Positions 14,446-27,784 of a stretch of 64,000 nt of DNA are shown here, in pieces (position 1 is the first letter of the stretch; every line of letters begins with the position of its first letter). Location: assembly GCA_012295275.1 (NCBI GenBank), contig CM022672.1, positions 26,970,001-27,034,000 on the forward strand. The letters are read 5' to 3'. Origin of the DNA: Chrysomallon squamiferum (lineage: Eukaryota; Animalia; Mollusca). The notes below the pieces were generated by a model. It ran no database searches and was not told the DNA's origin. It worked only from the letters and a program-made list of their open reading frames with translations. Position numbers and translations under genes: made by a program.

Positions 14446-16524
14446 GGTGTGCACTTATGGGGCGGGAGGTTAGTGGTTGTTGATTTACATATAACTTGAA
14501 ACAGATTGTTTTGGAACAGTTTCCAATCTTGCAGCATTAAGAAAACAAACAAAACATTATCACTAGTCTACATGTACCAGAAGTTTATTTCCCTTCTTGC
14601 TGTGTGTTAAATATCTCTCTAAATACCAGACACTTTAGCTGCTATTTCTGGCACAGTTTGGGCTACAAATAAACAGAACTTTCATTAAGGAAGCTAGATA
14701 AGTAAAATAAAACCTCTTCTGTTGTTTTCATACACATTTTCCAGCTAATTTGTTTCTTCATTTAACAGAGTTGATACTTCAAATGATATAATTAGTTTGT
14801 AATGTTACTTGACTAAGGAGAAAACTGTGGATGAGATAAAAACCTGGTAGCAGTGTTAAATGAGTTAGGTTTATCTGTATGTCTTGTCATGATGTATAAA
14901 GCTTTCTGCAGCTGATTTATACCAAACATTTCCCAGCAGCCCTGGTTACAATGTGTGAATAGAGTTTTCTCTGTTTTATTTCTTGACATAAATACACTTT
15001 TAATTGTCTTTTCATTATAATATTCGCATGTCATTATATATCATATAAACAGTTTTACCATACTTTGGCCTGTCTTTATGCATATTAAGCTTCATCATGT
15101 TATCATTTTGTTATATATTACAAAGTTTTCTCCTTGGCCTGTTGTGTATATGATTTTTTTTCAAACTGACCTTTTAGACATATAAAGCTTTATTATACTG
15201 GCCTGTCAAATATAAAGCATTTCCATACTGGCCTGCCATGCATATAAAGCTGAATCACAATCTATATAATGTTTTAGTAAACTGATTTGTATATCAAACT
15301 TTGTCATTTATGTATGTAAAGTTTTCTCAGAAAGTTTGGATTACCAGTGTATCATCAGTATGTATCTATTAGGTTTGTAGTATTATCCTGTTACGGTATT
15401 TATAATCTTTCAAAAATTGCCTTTTAGCTGGTCTGTTTAATCCCACAAGCAAGATCAACTATAAGACCACATTAGATATAAAATTCTGCTAAATGTAAAT
15501 TTCACTAATTAATTCAGTTGAGAGTGTCAATAAAACATGGATTTTAATAAATCACTACCAAAATACCTGAAATGTTGTTTGAATGAAATATGAAGTATGG
15601 AGTAAACATTTTTTTTTTTTTTTTAACATGGAAAAATAATATGTCACTAAATGATTGCATTAGATATAAAATTCTGCCAAATGGAGATTTACAGATTTCA
15701 CTAATTAATTCAGTGAATTTCTATAAATAACTACCATTTTATGTGATGTATGGAATGTTTCTAATGGTGATGCTGGTTTTTGTAACAAGGAAAGATAATA
15801 TGTCTCAAAATGATATAAAATTCTATCAAATGTAAACTTACGATTTCAGTAATTAATTCAATGACAAATTGAATTTTTATAAATGACTACCAAATTACCT
15901 GAAACATTATTTGAGTGAGATACGAGATATGGGATACTTCTAGATACTGGGTTTTTATAACACTGAAAGATAATAACTGTGTTTAATATTTACAAACAGG
16001 TTGTGTTTGTGCTGACTGGAGACTGTGGTAACAACACACACAGAGGTTACAAAGCCTATGAAGAAATAGCATCTACAAGTTCAGGCCAGGTCTTCTTGTT
16101 AAAAAAATCAGATGTCAACCAGGTAGGTTTTTTTTTTTTTAATTTTCTTCATATTTAAAAATCAAAGAGGGAATGGATGAATGATTAATGAATGATTAAT
16201 GAATGAATGAATGAATTCTTGTTGAGTAAATCTTCATGTTGCTTGTTATTGTTATCACATTTTGTGTGGCAGATAATGTTGTTCTGAAGCTTTTTCTGTA
16301 AACTGATTTGCTTTTTATTTATTTATTTATTCATTCATTCAAGTATACATTATAAGGTCAATTAATCATTTATTATTATCTATTATTATTAACACTTATA
16401 TGATGTTGTTATTGTTGTCTTTATTATTATTATTATTATTGTTTTTATTATTATTGTTTTTATTATTATTGTTTTTATTATTATTGTTGTTGTTGTTGTT
16501 GTTGTTGTTGTTTTTATTATTATT

Positions 16525-16561
<37 letters not shown>

Positions 16562-17100
16562 TTATTATTATTATTATTATTGTTATCATCATCATCTCTC
16601 TAAATTTCAGGTTTTGAACTTTGTCCGAGTCACGGTTCAGGCTAGAAAGGTAAATCTGATGTCTGTGGATGAGGATGAGGCTAAAACTCAGACATTCACA
16701 ATCCCCATTGATAGTAAGTTACAGGAAATCACAGTGTCAGTCAGTGGAGAAGCTCCCAGGATTGTTCTACACAATCCGTTTGGTACGTATTTCTCTAATA
16801 TTTGTCTCCTGGACTCCAGAGGTACTAACAAAAGTTTGTCAAGTCAATCAATGTGACATTAAGTTAGCCCAGTGGCCAGATATAAATTTGGAAAAAATTC
16901 AGAGATGTAAAATTTCTAGCCAAAAATATTTCTTAGTGTGCAGATCTGATTCACAGTTTCAGTTTGGTTAAAGCTAAATTCTTTTTTTTTTCATGATACA
17001 CCAAAGAAATTTATTTTCTTTGTTTTTTATTTTTCTCGTATTAATTTTGATTATGATGATGGTGATGGTGATGATGATGATGATGATGATGATGATTATG

Positions 17101-17133
<33 letters not shown>

Positions 17134-18299
17134 GCTGCTGCTTTTAATACAATTCTTATATCTGTTAATACTGTTTTTGTTAAATTATCATCATTATAAT
17201 CATCATCATCCTTTTATAATTATTGATGTTGTTGTGGTTGTTGTTGTTATTATTATTATTATTGTTATTGTTATTATACAGGTAGCAAACTGTTAAAGAT
17301 ATCTGATGATAATGAATTTCCTGATGACAATGAATTCGAGGATGAGACAGACAAATTAAGAGAACTGTTGAATATCACCAATGTTTTAATTTACAATGTT
17401 AAAGACCCCACTCCTGGACTCTGGCAGCTAGAGATTGGCAGTCTGGGTCCTCACACAATTAGAGTTACGGGACTTAGTACTGTGGATTTTGCTGCAGGAT
17501 TTGCTAAAAAGTCGGAAAATGATTTTTCAAAAACTGATTTAAGACCAGTGAAGGGTAAATATACAGATATTTTTCATTGCCAGAATGTTGTGGAAACAAG
17601 ATGTATCTATTGTTAGAAGGAAGAAATATGAGATAGATTATTATTTTGTTATAATTATTATTATTATTATTATTATAAATTATTATTATTGATTATTATT
17701 ATTATTATTATTATTTCAGGTGTACCCACTCATCTCCTAATTAATGCAACAAACCTGGAACCTCCAGCTTATCTTTCTAAATTGGAGCTGGTTGACTTGA
17801 AAGGAAAACAGTTAGCAGAGTTCAAAGTTAACAGAGACCCTCAAAACCCAGCACTCTATAATGTCACTTCTTTTGTACCTCCTGATGGCTTCTTCTATCT
17901 CAAGGTAGACTGTTTATATTTATTTCTTTATTACTGCATTGTGGTTTGTTTTATTTTATTTTATTTATTTTTTATTTAATTTTATTTATTTATTTATTTA
18001 TATATTTTGTTTATTTTTTATTTTTTTATTTTTTTTGTTTATTTTGTTTATTATTTTGTTTATTTGTTTATTTTGTTTTGTTTTGTTTTGTTTTAATTTA
18101 TATATTTAAATATTTACTTTATTTTATTTAGTTACTTAGTGACTGTAAAAGTTATAAACTTAGAATATAATTTTAAATATTTTATCTTCAATGGCATTAC
18201 AATGCTTTTTATTAAATAATTTCTTTAACTATATTTTCAGAAGAATGGGATTTTTGTTTTTATAACTGAGTTTAAAATTATTTAATGTGATTATTTCAA

Positions 18300-18345
<46 letters not shown>

Positions 18346-19729
18346 CAACAATAATTCACCAATTAAAATTATTTAACAAAAAAAAATAATAATAATAGTA
18401 ATAACAATAACTTGTTCTTTTTACTGAATTATTTGCCCAGGTTGATGGTGTTGACGATGAAGGTTTTGTATTGAGACGTACAACTCCTACAGCTATAAGT
18501 CCTAGGATCCCCACAGCTCCTACTGTACACATGAAGGATCTCACACGAGGCTTTTTTGACCAAACAGCTGTGTTAACCTGTAGTGTCAACAGTCTTGTCC
18601 CCTACTCAGTGAAGTGGTTTAGAGACGGAAAACAGCAAGGCTATGAGGTGAACTACTTGTAAGTATTTATTTATTTATTTATATGTGTTATAATTTTTAT
18701 ACTTATAATTTTTGTTACTTGTTATTTATTTGGGTTTTTTAATTCTTATTATTTAGATCAATTTATTTATTTTATCTATTTATAATTAAATTTATTGCAA
18801 ACTATTTTTATGTGTATTTGTTTACATATTTATTAATTATCATTTATAATTAGAATTATTTATTTATTCAAAACATTTAATTTCTGATTAAGTTAATTAA
18901 GTTATTTATTACTTATTTTTAATTTAAAATTAAGTGTAATATATATTTAATATTTCTTTCAATTTAAATCACATTCTTTATCATCATTATTATTATTACA
19001 ACTAGTAGTACTATCATTAATTTATTTAATTATTTGCATACACGTTTAATCTCTTTCCTTTTCTTTAACTATCAATTATTTTGTTTGTTTTTTTCTTTTT
19101 TAATTTTATTAATTTATTTTTGTAGTGATTCTGCTAATGTTACACTAGAAATTCCAAGAGCTGGAGTGAACTCAGAGGGTGACTACTACTGTAATGCTAC
19201 TAATATTGCTGGATATGCAGTCACTAAAACATATCTTGACATCAGTGGTACGTTTTTTTTATTTTGTTACGTTTGCTAAAACTGAACATACAATTCAAAT
19301 TTATAAGTATATGTAATTAAGTTCTTGTTAACACTTCATATATCTTATATTTACTGAACAGTTTTATTTAACTATTTAATTAAAATGTTATTAATGATTT
19401 AGATATTTAGCTTATAAATATTTTATAGTTAATTAAAAGAATAATTGTAAAATTATATTATACACTTAGAGATGAATGCTTCCTTTTCAGTAAAATAATG
19501 ATGATGATGATGATGAATATAAATTTAATAAATTAAATAAAAAATGAATGAATTGTTATTTAATGAAAACTTTATAAAGCTGATTTGAAAAATAGCCTTT
19601 TTTATCTGGAATACTCATTTTTGTAAACCATCTAAATACTAGTACTGTTACTACTACCATTACTATTACTACTACTATTATCACTGTATCTACTATTATT
19701 CCTATTATTATTAATATTGATGTTGTTGT

Positions 19730-19781
<52 letters not shown>

Positions 19782-19802
19782 CTATTATTATTATTATTAT
19801 TA

Positions 19803-19852
<50 letters not shown>

Positions 19853-20801
19853 GTGATGTTGTTATTCAGATCCTCCACCAATCATCTCTAAGCCAGTCAA
19901 TGTATCTGTGTTACCTGGTGACGATGCTATTCTCACCTGTAATGCATACAGCATTGTTGAGTTTAATATGACATGGATCACACCTGGCAGGTTTGGTTAT
20001 GGATCCCTGGATCCCCGGATTCGAATTCTCTCCAATGGCTCTTTATTCATCAGGTACATGAAAATACATTTGTTAAAGACATGTAAAATATTTCCATCTT
20101 GAGTGGGATAATTTTACTTGATAATATATCATGTAGAATAGCAGAAATATTGACGATTTGTAATTAAGCATATAATTAATCTGTTGTTGCTATTTATTTA
20201 ATTATAAAATATTTAATGTAACTAAAAGGTGGAAATTTAAAAAAAATATATTATTAAAATAATAATCAGTTAATAAACTAAAAGACTATTGTATTGTATA
20301 TTTGATTTTATTATATTTTATCATATTTTGTTTTATTATTGTTTGATAGAAATGCACAGAAACAAGATGAAGGGATGTACATGTGCAAGGCAAGCAATGA
20401 GGGGGGTTCAACTGAAGCTAAAGTCTTTCTTAGGCTGCAGAGTAAGCAAATCATGTGTTATCATCATTATCAACATCATCATTAACTCACATTTTAATAT
20501 TTTTTTGCAAATTTTCAAATATTGTCGAAATAATATATATTTATCAGATTTATTTAATTATTTATTATGATTATTTTTATTATAACTACTATGATTATTA
20601 TTATTATTATATGTGTCTTCTTTCCTTATCACTTTTTTAATTACTCTTTATAATTTCTTTTTCTTTTTGTATTTTTCTTTTTAAATATTATTATTATTTT
20701 TTATTTATTTGTTTATTTTTTTATTATTACTATTATTATTGTTGTTTATTTATTATTATTATTATTATTATTACTATTATTATTATTGTTGTTATATTAT
20801 T

Positions 20802-20832
<31 letters not shown>

Positions 20833-23800
20833 TATTATTATTATTGTTGTTGTTGTTACTATTATTATTAATATTATTATTACTTTTATTATAACTATAT
20901 CAGAGAGACCTATAGCAAGAACTATCCCAGTACAACAGAACTTCATAGTAGGACAAAATGTTAGTATTACCTGTGTTGCCGATGGTTTCCCAGAGCCAAC
21001 ATACACCTGGCTGCAAGGTGGAAAATACATAGTGCCCAGCAATCACTTATTCTACACAAATGGAGTTTTAACAATTTACAACATCCAGAGATCTGATGAA
21101 GGCGACTTTGAATGTTTGGCCAAAAATGTAGCTGGAGAGGATATAGCTATATCTCGTCTTACTTATATAGGTATATATGTTATTATTTTTTAATGTTTAC
21201 CTGTATTAATTAACAAGAAGAAATCATTTTCAAGAGATTTTATAGGTTTTTTTAATTATTATCAAACTTTGCTAACAATAAAGTATTACAATAATATAAC
21301 AAACTCACAAGAATGCTTGAATGCTGATAATTATTTTTTTGACTTCAGTTCAAACAATTAATATATAGAAAATAAAAATTCCATTTAAAACTGGGAATAT
21401 GATAGCTTTCATATTTTATATTTTAAAGTTTAAAATAAAGTCATAAAAAATAAAAAAGATTCTATCATTTCCTGTATTCAGTTTGAATTTTTCTATTTAT
21501 TTTAATCACTGGTAAAAATAAATTTCATAAAAAATTATTTTCAGAGACGAAATCCCCTAATAATAATTTCTATAATTACCAATGAAACATATAATTTCAG
21601 TATAAAGAAATTTTAATAAAAACTGAGATGTTTAATTCCAAAAGTTGATTTTATTTTCTCATCAGAGCCTCCTAATATTCGACAGTATGAAAGACGAATG
21701 TTGGTTGCTACGGGTGACAAAGCTGTTTTGTACTGTAATGCTGATGGCATTCCCCATCCAGAGATAACTTGGTACAGAGGAAAGAGAAAGGTAAAAGTTT
21801 AACAATATTTTAATTACTTTAGATTTTAAAATATTAAGTTTATATCATGATTCGTTAATTGTATTTTTTTTTTTCTTTTTTTTCTTGTTATCAGTTTTAA
21901 AGTATTTAAATTTTTATTTTAGTATTTTTATAAAGGTAAATTTTTTTTATTTTTTTTTTTTTTTTTTGTTTTATTTTTTAATTTTGTTTTTTTGGTCAGA
22001 GGACTGGGACTATAATTTTTCAGACACAACTGCCTGAGATTTTCTCCTGTTTTGTTAATTTTAGCTACAAGCTGCATACAATGTGGATGTGACAGTGTCT
22101 GGTCAGCTGGTCATCAGCAATGTGGAGAAGTCAGATGAGGGCCAGTACAAATGTGTGGCTACCAACGAGGCAGGCACTGACCAGGCAAAGGTCACCCTCA
22201 AAGTTGGTTGTAAGTGTAAAACATATAAACATTACATTTATCTTTAAATATTTCTTTGTTTTATATAGGTATTTGCATGGTGTGTGTGTGTGTGTGTGTC
22301 TATATCCATCTATATTTCTATGTATAGACAGATAGGCATAGACAGATAACTAGGAAGATAAATAGATATTTCCATTGCTCCATGTTGAATATATTTTATA
22401 CATGTAAGATTTGGACAGTAAGTCTTAAATTTTATTTTACCTGTTCATTCCTCTTTGTGTCACTTTTTCAAGTTCCAACATCTCTTAATTGTTTAGGTTT
22501 GATACAGATTTCTATGAAGAAAAACTAAAATCATGAATCTCTGTTTTAGTTTAGTTGCTTTATTAATATTTTACAATTAACAGCATATATAAGACTTCTT
22601 TTTTTTCATATTTTCCTAGCTCCACCAACAATTGTTGTTCCTCCTGGCAATGTGGGAATAGAAATAGAGAAAAATGGCTCACTGGAATGTCAGGCTACTG
22701 GAATTCCTCCTCCAAAAATAATCTGGAGACGAGGAGATGGGAAACCACTGGACACTACCGGACGCTTTCAACAGCTTCCGTCCGGTGGTCTGGCTATTTC
22801 TAGTACGTTTTCAACAACACTTTACTTCAGAGTATAGGATACTTCTTTTTAGAATTTTCTACACATCCAAGTACACTTTCCTTCAGATTTTAAAGATTCT
22901 TTTTTAGAATTTTCTAAACATCCATGTATAAAATGATATCATTAAAAAAAAAAGATAAGGAAATGTCAGTTAATATAAAACCACATACTTGTTATCTTAT
23001 TATTGTACTTTTTTTATAACTAAAGACAGTAAGTATATGTAAAGTATTTATATGTATTGTTTATTTTTAATCTAAAGGTATATTTTAACTAATAAAAATA
23101 AAACAATAAAATGAAAGTAATTAAACGTATTTTGGCTACATGTTTTTACCACCAATGATGTGCATTAATAATAAATAAATATATGTATGTAATAAGATGT
23201 GTATATATTCTTTGTTTAAAGTCACATTTAATGAAATGTTCAAAGTATCAGATATTTAATAGTATGTTAACGAAATGTGTATGTATGTTTTGTTTAAAGT
23301 AATATTTAATCAAATGTTTCAGATATTTAGTTTGTATGTTAATAAAATGTGTATATATGTTTTATTTAAAGTCATATTTGATCTAATGTTTCAGATATTC
23401 AGCTTGGAGATGAAGGGATCTACTCTTGTCTGGCTCAGAACACATTTGGTGTTGTTGATGCATCAGCATTTGTTAGTGTCACTGGCATAGGTAAAACCTT
23501 ACTTAATACTGGTCAGCTATCCCTTATCTGACATTTCCTGATAAAATTGAATATATACGTTTGTTTGTGTGTTCACAAAAAATATGTTATATGTCAATGA
23601 TGTAAAATGATTAAGCTGCTACAGCTTTATTCTTTTCATGTGAATAATGTTAATTGTAACTATAAAATACACTGAACTGCACAACACAAGAAGAAGAAAA
23701 AATTCACACAGAAATGCATATAACTTTTTATATTTCATTGTTTTACAGAGTAAATATGTTTACTAATTGCTAAACTGAATTTAAAAATACGTATCTTTTT

Positions 23801-24192
23801 CTAACTTCCAGTGAGGCCGTTAATAGCCTATACATACCCATTTGTAAAAGTCCAAGAAGGGGACACTGCAGAATTAGAGTGTATAGTTTTACTTGGCAAA
23901 CCAACTCCCTCCATTATGTGGACAAAGAACAGGAGAGTGGTCCAGGCAGGTGGTCGAATTAAACAGTTGGGACCAGGGAAGATAGCCATCACAAACATCA
24001 CACGTTCTGATGATGGTGAATATGTGTGTGTGGCTTCAAACATTGGTGGAAACGCTACATATTCTATAAATCTTGATGTTTTAGGTGGGTATCTAAGTTT
24101 TCTGTTTATTTCAAATACAAAATAATATTTAAAAACATTTTTTTTTCACTGTCCTTGTTAATATCATAATTATCATTAATAAGATTATTATT

Positions 24193-24233
<41 letters not shown>

Positions 24234-25120
24234 AGCATTAGTAGCAGTGGTGGTGATATAGCTTAGTACCAGAAATCAGTGCTATATTAAATTCAGAAAA
24301 AAGTATTTTTTATAAACAGTAATATATATTAATTATTATATTTACTAGTATTTAAATAACAATAATGGCATTATTTTGGTAATTAACATTTATTTTCATT
24401 ATAAAATTTCAGTTTTTGAATTATTATTTTTATTTTTTTAACATTTTCAGTTCCACCCAGACTTTTGCAGGAACCAATAGACAGAAAGACTAACTTCAGT
24501 GTTATCCGTGGTCGTGGAGTTGTCCTCCCTTGCCGAGCAGAGGGCGACCCCCCTCCGAGTTACCAGTGGTACAAAGATGGCAGCCCCATCTCACTGAGCG
24601 ACATCCACTACTTTGTGCGAGAGGATGGAAGTCTAGAAATATTTAGTGCAGCTCCTGGTGACACTGGCTTTTACAAATGTGTTGTGTCAAATACTGCTGG
24701 GGGCACAGAAAAAGATCTCAAACTGTTTGTACAAGGTATGTGTGCAGCAGGGCAAAATATTACATACTTGTGTGTGTGTGTATGTGTCTGTTTGTGTGTG
24801 ACTGTGTGTGTCTGTTTGTGTGTCTGTGTGTGGGTGTGTGTGTGGGTGTGTGTGTGTGCATGTGTGTGTTGTGCATGTTTGTGTTGTGCATGTGTGTATG
24901 TGTGTGTAATATATTGTGAACAAGATATTGTGTATTTATTTTGTTCTTATTGTTTTTATTATTTACAAATATTGTAATGAATTATTTATTTATGAATTAG
25001 TATATTTTCAATGCATACATACATATATAAACACACGCACATGTGCGCACACACACACACACAAACATACATATATATATATATATATATACATACATAC
25101 ATACCTACATACATACATAC

Positions 25121-25151
<31 letters not shown>

Positions 25152-27587
25152 TGTATGTATGTATGTATGTATGTATGTATGTATGTATATATGTATGTAT
25201 GTTTGTGTGTGTGTATGTGTGTATGTAAACATATTTTTATTCATTATCTGGTTACTAAAATCCAGCCATTAAACCGTCATTTATGTTTCTAGTGGGACCA
25301 AAGATATCAGGACCAATGGATGAACAGTTTGAAATAAACGAAGGAGAGGATATTCTGCTGCCATGTGAGGCCTCTGGAACTCCAAAACCAATAGTGTTCT
25401 GGAGACGCAACTTCACTCCATTCAGACCAAGAGTTTCCAGAATCATCTTTGAAAGTAATGGTCTGTTCCTGAAGAACGCAAAGATTCGAGACAAAGCTAT
25501 TTACGAATGCATTGCCTCTAACATAGCTGGGAACACTACTAAAGTTATAACTCTGATTGTTTACAGTAAGTGTTATAGTCTGTTAAGTTATTTATTATTT
25601 TAGATGTGTATATCTTTTTTTTCACTGGTTTTCATTATTATTTTGTATTTTGGAATGAAAATGAAAAAGTATTTGAAGTTTAACTTTTAGTTTCATTTTA
25701 CAGTTGTTCACTGCTATTCCTTGTCCAAGACTGTTTTATTCTTTATAATTTTACACTGTGTTTTAATTAATTTTTGTATTTTTTATATATAAAGTATTCA
25801 CCATTTTGTTGTATTTACCTTTGTTTGACACCCAATAACTGATATGTTTTTCAAGCTGGGGTGTTGTTAAACATTCATTCATTGTTTATAATTTTATGGA
25901 AAATATGTGAAGTAACATTAAAAAAAAAGAAGAAACAAAGGAAATATTATTAATTTATATAAATATTTTAAAAATATTTTAAAAATTTGATAAACAAAAT
26001 TTTACTGATAGCAAAGCATTTTGAAATAACATAATTTTGTTAAATGTTTTGGCAATTTTGGTAGAACTGGCACTAAAAATATATTGTTAAAAATGTTTTA
26101 ATAATAATAGTAATTTTAGGTAGAAGTAGTAGTAGTAAAAATATCTTGATTATTTTAAAATAATAATACATGGATTATTATATTTCATATATATAGTACA
26201 TATTTTCAGAATAAATAATTTAAAAAAATAGAGTAAATTTGTGGATTTCTACAATGTTTTTTCTCCACATTTCCAGTTCCACCTGGGATAGAAGCAGGAG
26301 AGACAGATCTGGTTGTGTTAGAAAACGAACGTGCGACTCTGCACTGTGAAGCGAGTGGCGACCCTCCACCTACAGTGCAGTGGAAGAAGGACAACGTCAT
26401 CATGGACCTCACCAACCGCAGCAAGGGTGTTTTTATGCATGGCATGGGCTCCATCACTATAGAAAATGCCAAACTCAAAGATGCTGCCCTGTATTCATGT
26501 TCAGCTGTAAACCCAGCAGGGGCAGCAACTCAGGACTTCCGTCTGACAGTTCATGGTGAGTTATCTCCTCATGAAATGAAGTGTAATTTGTGGCATCAGA
26601 TGAATGTGATGTTATTAAATTTAAAATTGTAGTTGTTATAAGATTCAAACTCACTGGTTTAGATTGTTTCTGTAACACAGTAAATAACATTTCATCTTTA
26701 AATCATCAATAAAGAGATTAATTTTTCTACATTATGTGAGTTGTAAAGAGTTGAATCTTTTTATTTTATTTATTTATTTTTTAATTCAGTTATATATTTA
26801 TAAAGAATCAGAAGTAATATTTTAATAAATAGACTGTTTGGTAAAAACAAAGTTTTTATTTCTCTGTATATCTTCATTCAAAATAAACAGTTATGTTAAC
26901 ATACATTTCATTACTAGCAAATATCCTGTTTACCTTTATTTTATGTACATTTGATTTGGTTTTTAATTATTGACAGCTGTTCCATGTTTTTATGCATGTG
27001 TGTATGTGTGTGTTTCTTATTGGTTTTGTTTGGGGGGGGTTATTGGTTTCTTTTATTTGTTTATTTGTTATTTATTTTCCACTTATTCATTTAAATTTTA
27101 TTTTTTTATTATAATTTTATTATTATTATTTTTTTTAATAGCTCCTCCTGCCTTGCCACAAACTCTGCCAACATACACTGAAATCATTGAGAACAACCCA
27201 GTGATCCTGCCCTGCCCAGCAACGGGCACACCACGCCCTAAGACCATCTGGTTGAAGGATGGTGTGCCCATCACAGGGAATGAACTGGGTGTTAAACTGT
27301 TAGCAGACGGATCTCTCGAGTTTTCCAGTGCCCAGGCAGCAGATTCAGGACAGTACCGGTGTGTGGCTGAAAATGTGGCAGGCAATGCAAGCCGGAAGTC
27401 AGTCTGAAGATTCTGGGTGAGTATCTGCCATCTTTTTATCATTTTCTTCACTACTTTGTCTTTGTTGTGCTGATTAATTTTAAAATTAATAATTATGATA
27501 TGGTAATGTTATTATTGTTATTGTTGTTATTTTGACTTTTCTCTATATTATTATGATTATGATTATTTATTTTTATTATTATTATTA

Positions 27588-27640
<53 letters not shown>

Positions 27641-27708
27641 ATTATTAATATTATTAATATTATTATTACTGCTATTACCACTACCACTACCACTACTACT
27701 ACTACTAC

Positions 27709-27784
<76 letters not shown>

